A stretch of DNA of 64,000 nt from a virus (taxonomy: Duplodnaviria > Caudoviricetes). This document shows, in pieces, positions 12,501 to 21,500 of this stretch (the stretch's first letter is position 1; the number at the start of each line of letters is the position of its first letter). Both the position numbers and the translations under genes were made by a program. The notes beneath the pieces were generated by a model. It did no database searches and had not been told where the DNA came from. It worked only from the letters and a program-made list of their open reading frames with translations. Location: the IMG/VR virus record IMGVR_UViG_3300031853_000001, positions 1-64,000 of that record, one strand, 5' to 3'.

Positions 12501-15500
12501 ACTGGAGTAGCGTGAGTAGAAGTCCTACCTTTAGACAATAATTGACGAGTTTGAATATGATTAAATACAATAGCATCTTCTGCCAAATTGACCATTTCAG
12601 GACCATTTTGACCAACTATAAAATAACGACCATGAGACACTACTAATTCAGGGCCAAGTTCGCCCATTAAAGTATCTCGCCCAGCAGCTAAAGCAACATT
12701 ACCAGTTTTAGCAATTTGAATACGACGTTTAGAATTATTTAAAGCAATTCCATCTCCTGTTACTTTAGTTAATTGACCACCATTTGCTGTAACGGTAATA
12801 GTAGCTCCAATACTAATATTTTTGTTAGAAGGAATAGCATTAATAGCATCTTTTGCAGCTTGCGCTTTAGAAGGATCGATATTATCTGCATAATCTTTAA
12901 GATTAGAAATATTACTTGTACTAATATTATTTTGCTCTGTTTGAATAGCGGTAACTTTATCTGCACTAATTTTTTCGGCTTCTTTGGAAATATCTCCAAC
13001 TTTTGTAACTACGCTATTTATTGCAGTATCAAAAGCTGAAGTAATAGAAGAAGTATCTACTGAATCATCAGAAGTTTCTCCGCCCTCTGAAACTCCTGTG
13101 CTAATATTTGGAGTAATTGGCTTACCATTTAATGCAGTTTGTATTGCATCAGCAATTGTTTGAGCAACCGGCTCAGCATCAAATTTTGTAACATCAACAT
13201 TCACAGTAGCAGGCTTCAAAGTAACCTCTGCAATAGGAATATCTTGCGTTTCTTCTTCTGCACCTTTTAGAGTTGGTTCACCTGCACTGGAAAGATCAAT
13301 TGTTAAGCCTTGTGGAGAAAGAGTTATGCTGGAAATTGAAACACCATTATTTTTATCATCTGCCCCAGTTTGTTGCCCAATTCCTAAAGCGGTTCTAATT
13401 GCAGTAGAAATAGCTTCTTGAACTGCATTTCCACCTTTTTCATTTGTAACAGTAAAAGCTCTTGTAATAGCTGTAGAAATTGAAGTAGTAAGAGGATCTA
13501 AAGCGTCTTGAATTTTTTGTAATGCTTGTTCTTCATTTTTTGCTTTTACTTGTATTTTACTTCCATCGTATAAAGTGATTTCATAATTACCACTTTCTCC
13601 TTCTAATTCTGTAATTTTACTTCTAATTTCTTCGTCACTATGATTGAAAAATTCTACTAATTCTGTACGTATTGCTGGGTCATTTGCCGGATCTACTTCA
13701 TTACCTTCTTTATTTGTAAAAATAACTTCAGGAGTTACTGTAATACCTAATTTACGTTTTAATTGAATTTGTTCTGATTCACTTAAATCATCAAAATTTT
13801 TACCATTTCCATCATCATCTTCATAAGTATTTTGAGAAACATGATTTAATAAATTATCAATCATTTCTTGATAAGTTTTACCAGAAATAGGAGCTCCATC
13901 TGGGGCAGTAGTTTCATATTTTTCTGAGCCATCCACTCCAACAGTTAAATCATAAGTAAAACCAGATTCTATTTTAAAACTTTGTTTATATCCTTTTAAA
14001 TTATCGCGCGGACCACCTATAATTTCTTGACGATCTCCTTCTGCTTCTCCTCGCTGTTTAGCGAAAACATTGCCTATAACTGCTTCTTCTTTACTGTTAT
14101 AAGTATTTCCATAAGAATCTTTCCATACAGTTATTTCATTTCCTTCATCATCTTTAACAGTATATTCTTTAATAATTCCATAAGTAATTTCATATGCAAT
14201 TAAAGCTTCTCCAGTTAATTCTCCCGCATGACCTTTATCAAGAATTGCTCTAATTTTTTCGTCAGTTGGAACCTCTTTATATCCTGCTTCTGTAAATGCA
14301 TCGTAAATTCGTTGTTTATCTTTCTCATCGTCCCAATTAACGGTATAAGTTCTACCACTTACAGCATTAATAACCGTTTCTACACCAGTTTCTTCATCGT
14401 AATAAGAATAAACTTGTCCCGAACCAGACAATACATTCATTACAGAAGAAATTAAATTATCTAAATCATAATTATCACTGGAAGCTGCCTGATAGAAAGC
14501 AGTCATAATCTGGGCGTATTGTTGCTCTGAAATACCGGCTTCTCGCCAAGTTGTTTGATCTTGATTAAATAAATCTCTTAATTTAATTCCACTAACTTTT
14601 AAATTGTCCAATAATGGTGCTAATTCTTCTGATTGCTCAAAAGTATTTAATAAATATTCTCTTACTTGATCAAATTCATCACTATATTGATGCCAATCAG
14701 TATCACCAATTAAACCATCACCAAAAATTTCATCAACATTTAGAATACCATTATTATCAACATCAACCTGTCCTAATTGTTCCATAGCTACAATGGTTTC
14801 CATTAACTTAATCATACCATCTAGCATGTGAACCTGAGAATCAGCCATTTCTTTAATTGCAGTATCAAATCCTTTACCCATATCTGTGGCGCCAGTTTGT
14901 AAATTAGCAGCAAGTTTACCCATATCAACTTGAACACCCTTACCATCAACATTAGACAAAGAACCAAATCCAGCTTCAATTAAATTAGCAGCATTAGTTA
15001 AATCTCCATTAAGACTTTGTCCCATAAATTCAATAGAAGTGCCTGTTGCTGCAGCAAGATTATTCATTTCAGTTACAATATTATAAAAATCTTGTATCTC
15101 CATTTTGCCAGTGCTACCAGCTTCTCGCATAGCTCCAAAAGCTTCTCCTACAGAATTCCAGTAATTAATTGGTCCTTGAGTTACATTTGGTAAATCACGA
15201 TTCATAAAATTATATGAATCAGGATTATCCATATTAGACCAAGCCATTTCTTGAGCAAGTTGATTATAAGTATTAAGTTGATCTCTTAAAGATGCAGACT
15301 GTCGTTGTAAAACAGCCAATCTATCTTTTTCAGATTTTGTTAATTTTGAAGTATCCCCACTCACTCTAGCTGTAATTTGACCCATTTTCGCAGCAGTATC
15401 ATTAATTTGTTGCTGAACTCGTGCAGTAGCAGCCATTGTGGCTGTAGCGCTAGAAAAATCTCCACCTTTATCCGCACGCAAAGATTCTACCAAATTATCA

Positions 15501-18500
15501 AACACTACACGGCCTTGTAAATCATCAATTTTAGAAATTTCTTGGTATAATTTATAAGCCTGATCTGTGGCTAACTTTAATCCTTGTGTAGTCTCTTGGA
15601 AATTTAATTTACCCAATCCTAAACTTTCAGACCATTGAGATAATTGTTGAGCTCCTTCGTTACTTAAAGAACCTTTAATTGCTCCGCTAATTAAATCGGC
15701 ATAAGATTTTAATACTTCTTTTAAAGTATCTGCTAATTGAGCCAATTCTAATTCAGAAAGATTACCATATTGTTGGACATTATTAGCAATCTCTTGAATA
15801 ATCGAAGGAATATTTGCCCCATTTACTGTTTTAAGAATACCATTTTCTAAGTAAGCTCCATACTGATTTAAATTAATATTTAATTTATCTAAAATTGTAG
15901 TATTTAATTTAAAACCTTTATCATCATATAAATTGATATTATTTAATTTATCACTTAATTGAGTTAAATCAATCCAATCGCCAGCTTTCATATCTTTAAG
16001 ACCTTGAGCTTCTTCAAGAATATTTTTTTCAGCCTTGCGATTCATTTCAATTAATGAATCATTATAAGTCTTAAAAGCACTAATATATTCAGGGCTACCA
16101 GTATCAAAGCCCATTAAATCGGCAAATTTAGCAAAATCAGTAATTTGGATTTTGTTACCACCAAGGGATTTAATTAGTTTTTTATCAGTCCAATCTTGAA
16201 TAAGCTCTTCTGTCATTAACTTACCCGCGCTAGTAAATATTTCTCCAAGACGAGAATAAGTTAAATTCGCAGCGTCACCTAAAGCATCAATAGCTATCTG
16301 CTGACCATCTTTATTATCTAGCATTAATCCAGCAACTTTATTTAAATCAGCTAAAGTAGCTTCACCAGTTTCACGCATTTTATCTAATAGATATTTATAT
16401 GCTTTATACAAATCTGCTGCTTTTTGAACTAAATAAGTACCTGAATTACCTAATTCAGCAGCAAAACCACCAGCTTCGTTTATTATTTCTGCGGTAGCAG
16501 AATCTACAATTTCTCCACGTTTTGCAACTAAAGTGTCAATAGCATTAACATATCTACCTACTTCACTTCTCCAAACTGCTTCAGCTTGCTCAGCAGTCAT
16601 TTGTTTGCCTTGAGCTTCAGCAATTTGACGCATAGCTTCAATAGCTTGCATTCCACCTTGTTCAAGATTAGAAATTAATTTTTCAGCATCAAAACCTTGA
16701 ACCGTTTTCAAAGGTGAAGCCATAGCTTGTAAAACAGCATTATAATCTTCAACAGTTTTAATAAATGAATTTTTAATATTTTCATATTCATTAGTACCTA
16801 TTGCAGAAATTAAAGAATCAGCATCAATTAAATCAGCAAATTGATGCTTTGTTTCTTGCATTAATTTTTGTTTCGCAGCAAATTGTTCATCACTTATAAA
16901 ATTAATTTGATTTTTTAATCCAGAAATTTGAGCAATTATACCTTCGGTGCTTAATTGATACGCGCGTAAACTATCATTATATTCAAATAATTCATTAAAT
17001 GTAAAAGCTTCTCCAGTTTTTCCATTAATAATATTCATTTGATTTAATGATTTTATATATGCTTGCATACTTGCTAAATCAGTATACCCTTTAGATTGCG
17101 AACCAGCAAGCCCGGTCATTGAAGAAATAACAGAATCAATTTCAGAAGCAACATAATCGCGTAAGGTATCATTCATCTGTTTTTGAAAATTATTCCAAAG
17201 ATTAACAATATTTAATCGATATGTTCCATCATCATTTTGTTGTAAATTAAGATCTTGAATTACCCTACCATAAGTTTTATTAAGAGCATTAGCTAATTGC
17301 CCAATATTTTCTTCCGTAATTTTATCTCGATTACTAATTATATTACGAATAATATTACTAGTATCAATATCAGTTTTATGTTGACTTAATTTAGCACTTA
17401 ATTCATTAAATTGTTTATTATCAATTAATCCTCTAACCCATGCTTCATTTAATTTAGAATATATTTCAGCATATTCAATTGATAAATTACCTGCTTTATC
17501 TACTTTAAAAGTTGTATCTGTAATTAAATTTTCTACAGAAGTTCCTAATGAGTTAGCCAACTTTTGACCAGCTTCATAACTAAATTTATCAAAGTTATCA
17601 ACAACACCAGATAATCCTTCATAAATGTTATCTTCATATTTTTCAGTATGAATAGACGCTAGCATCTTATCTTTATCTGCTTTAATAAGATTACTATTTG
17701 CAATTGTTTGAGCAAATAAATCTAATTGCTCACTTGTCATCTTATCTAAAGTTTTATAAATTGCTGTAGAGCCTTCACCAGAAATTTTCTCTACCAAACC
17801 AGCAATTTCTAATGATTGTAGAGTTTCAGCACTAAATTCATCCGCATTAATATATTGTTGACTATCAAGCCCAGAAATTAATTTATTATAAACATTTTTA
17901 TTTATATCTTGATAATACTTTAAAATATCAGAAGCATATTCTGGGAAAGATGCCAAAACGCTATCTATATTTCCAGATGTTAAAGACAACTGTAATTGAG
18001 CACGTTTTTCAGCATTTTCTCGACTATTACTTGGAAGAACTTGATTTAAGAAATTAGTAAAATTTCCTGTAGATAATGCTGCACGAGCAATTTGATCATT
18101 AGTATAATTTTCAATTACTTCAATATTTGATTCTAAATTTTCCCCCATTTCATTTTGAACATATTCAACAAATGTTTGGGTCTCTTTTTCTGCAGAATTT
18201 AAATATTGTGAATAATACGTTAATAATTGGCTTATATTAAAACCTTGTTCCATTAAAGCGTTTTTTGTATCAATATTATTTAATTTTTTCTTTACTTCTT
18301 CAAAACTTCCTGCAAAAAATTTAGAAGAACCTTGTCCTCCTGTTTTAATAGTAATTTTACTAATATCAGAAAGTTTTGCAATTTGCTCATTAGTTTTATT
18401 TGTTAAATCAGCAATATATTGCTCATTTTCTCCTAAATAAGTGTCTCTAATCGCAGCGAAATCATCAAAGAAAAATTTTCCATCTTTAAAATCAAAATCG

Positions 18501-21500
18501 CTTAAAGATTTCCCTAATTTTTGAGCCATTTCCGTAGCTGTTTTTAAATCCATACCTTTCGTTGCATTAGACAGAGCTTTTTCAAAATCTGCTATTTTTG
18601 TAGTAATCGTTTGAGAAAAAGAATCTAATTCAGTAGTTAAATTTGGTATAATTTTTTCAATTAAAAAGGATAAATCAATTTTCTCTTTTAAAGCGGGTAA
18701 TTTTGTTAATGCCTTTTTTAACTCATTAATTCCAAAAATAGAGGTTAAATCAGCAGAAGATAAAACTTGATCAAGTTCATTAATTTGTTCATCATTTAAA
18801 TTATTATCTAAAATTAAAGTATCTCGTAAATCAAGTATATCATTAATTAAATTTGGAACATCATTTAAATTATAATTTCCAGTATTTATCATTGACTGTA
18901 AAATATTTAAATATTGTTCCTGGTATTTAAACGCTACATCATTAAAATAAGTATTTAATCTATCTTTTAAAAAATCAAATTCAGCTGCTCTTTCAAATGT
19001 AAAATCTTCAGAAGAAATATCGTTAATTATAGCAGAAATTCTGTTTTTTACTCTTTCAATTTGTTTTTGAACTCTAGTATTTAAATCTGCAATTTGATCT
19101 AAAGACATAAAATCTGCTAGTTGCAAAATATTCTCATTTAAATAATTATAGGAGACGTTTGTAAAATCTTCAAAAATTTTATTTACCGTGATTAAATCCT
19201 TATTATTATCACTAATATTAATATCAGCAAACAAATCATTTTGAATTCCTTCAATCATAATATCTAAATTTGTAACAAAATTTTCATAAATTTCTTGAAG
19301 AGATTTTCCTTGCTGTGTTCCAAGTGCCTTTTCCTCTTCCCATCTTACCTGTAATTCTTTCCCCACACGATCATTTAAAACAGAATATTTTGTATAATCA
19401 AAATTCTGCTTATTACCAAAATAATAGGCTAAATCTGTTAATTGAGAAGTTATAAAATTATCTAATTGAGAAGTATAATAGTCCCAATTTGACTCAATTT
19501 GAGACATATAGCTACCAATAGCTAAACTTGCTTGATTAGAGTAAACAAAATCTTCTACCTGAAATTCATTTCCTTGATTAAAAAAATCTTTTGTTGCAGA
19601 AAAATCTTGCCCATAAGTTTCTTGATATAAACGCTTAAATGTTTCAAAATTTCCATTTGCTTGTGCCATTAATTTATCAATTTTTAAAATTTGATTTGCA
19701 ACATAATCAAATTCAGTTTTTTCATTAGCTATAAATAAACCATCAGAACGTTTTTCTTTCGCGCCCGGCTCTAAATCTGTAAACCAAGCTTGATAAAACA
19801 TTTCAAAAACATCTGGAATAGCAGTCGCTAATGTTGGTTCGGTAAAAACTCCTCTATCGCCTTTTAAGCCTTTTAGAGAATTTTGTCGAACATTATTTAA
19901 AACATAATCTAAATCAGAAAGAGCCGAAATTTGTTCTTTACTTTCATTTAATAAATCTGCTTCATAAGCTTTTTGTTTTTCTTCGGCTAATTTAGAATAA
20001 TTATCAGTTAAATTAACAATTTTATTTCCTTCTTCATCTATATAAGAAATTAAAGATGGATAAGCATTAGCTATCTTATTGTTAATATCCAACCATTCTT
20101 GTTGACTATCCGCATCTATATATCTATTTTTACTCAATTCATCATATCGCTTTTTTAAATCTTCTAAATCTTGTAATTCATTTTTAGAGACTAATGTTTT
20201 ATTATGCGCTTCTTCAAGATTATTTTTAAAATTCTCAATTTTTTTACTAGTAGATTCAGCTGCGATGCTTACTGCTTCTAAAGCACCTATTATTCCACCA
20301 ATCGCCATTCCCCAAGGGCCAAATAATGATCCTATTCCAACCCCTTGTAACGCCGAACCAGCTCCAGCCATCCATGCTTTAGTTTTTCTATCATTAGAAG
20401 TTTTTTCTCCAATACTCGCTGCACCCAATGATAAAGCAGAACCAGCTAAACTTGCTGCTATGCCTACATGAGCCATATTCTTTGAAATACCTTTACGAGC
20501 GTTTTTAGAACCAGGAGCACCAATTGGTGTATTAGCAATTTTTTGCTTTGTAGCCAATTCTTCTTCCCAAACTCTAATTCTTTCTTGTGATTCAATTCGA
20601 TCTTTTTTTGTTTCATATTCTGTCGATTTTTCTTTAGCAATTTGTTCTTGAAGCATCAATATTTCTTTTTGAGCAACTTCTTGTTGAGCAAATGTTATTC
20701 TTTCCAAAACAGCATTTTTTTCTTGACCATTTAATGCTGCAATTTGAGCTTGTGTCTTAGCTTTAATTAACCCAAAAACAGTAGTAACAATATTAGCTAA
20801 ACTTGTAAATTGTAAACCAAATTTTGCTACTGCCGCAATAGGAGTTCCCATTGCTTGAGCAAAATCTGTAAATGTTTTTATAATAGTTGCCCCAAAATCT
20901 AATAATCCTTTATATAACTTTTCAATACCTGCATCTACATATAAACTTTGTAAACTAGTTTTCAATTGCTGCGTTTTAGCTTCAATACTATCCATAGTTT
21001 TTAAAACTTGTAAAGTTGCGGTATCTTCACTATTAGCAGCTATATCGCTTAATTCTTCTAAACGTTCTCCGCTACTTACTAACGCCAAAAAACGAGATTG
21101 CTGTCTATTACCAGCCATTACAGTAGCAATATAACGCTGCGTATTTTTATCTAAAGTATCCCATTTACCAGCTAATTCAGTAATAACATCATCAAAATCT
21201 CTAAATTGATGATTTGTGTCTTGAATAGTAATACCAACACTCTGTAAAGCCTTATCAACTTTGTTAAGGCTCATTTCTTGGCCTTCACTATCAACTAATT
21301 TACTTGGATCAGCTGTCATTTCACCATAACGAGAAATAATGGACTTCATAGCAGAACCAATATTTTCTGGTGATTCACGAGTAGCTTCAATCATAACTGC
21401 CATCATAGCAGTAGTATTTTCAAAGCTGGCGCCAACTGCTTGCGCGGAAGAAGCTGTCTTACTCATAGCACTAGCTAATTCAGAAGTACTTGTGGCAGAG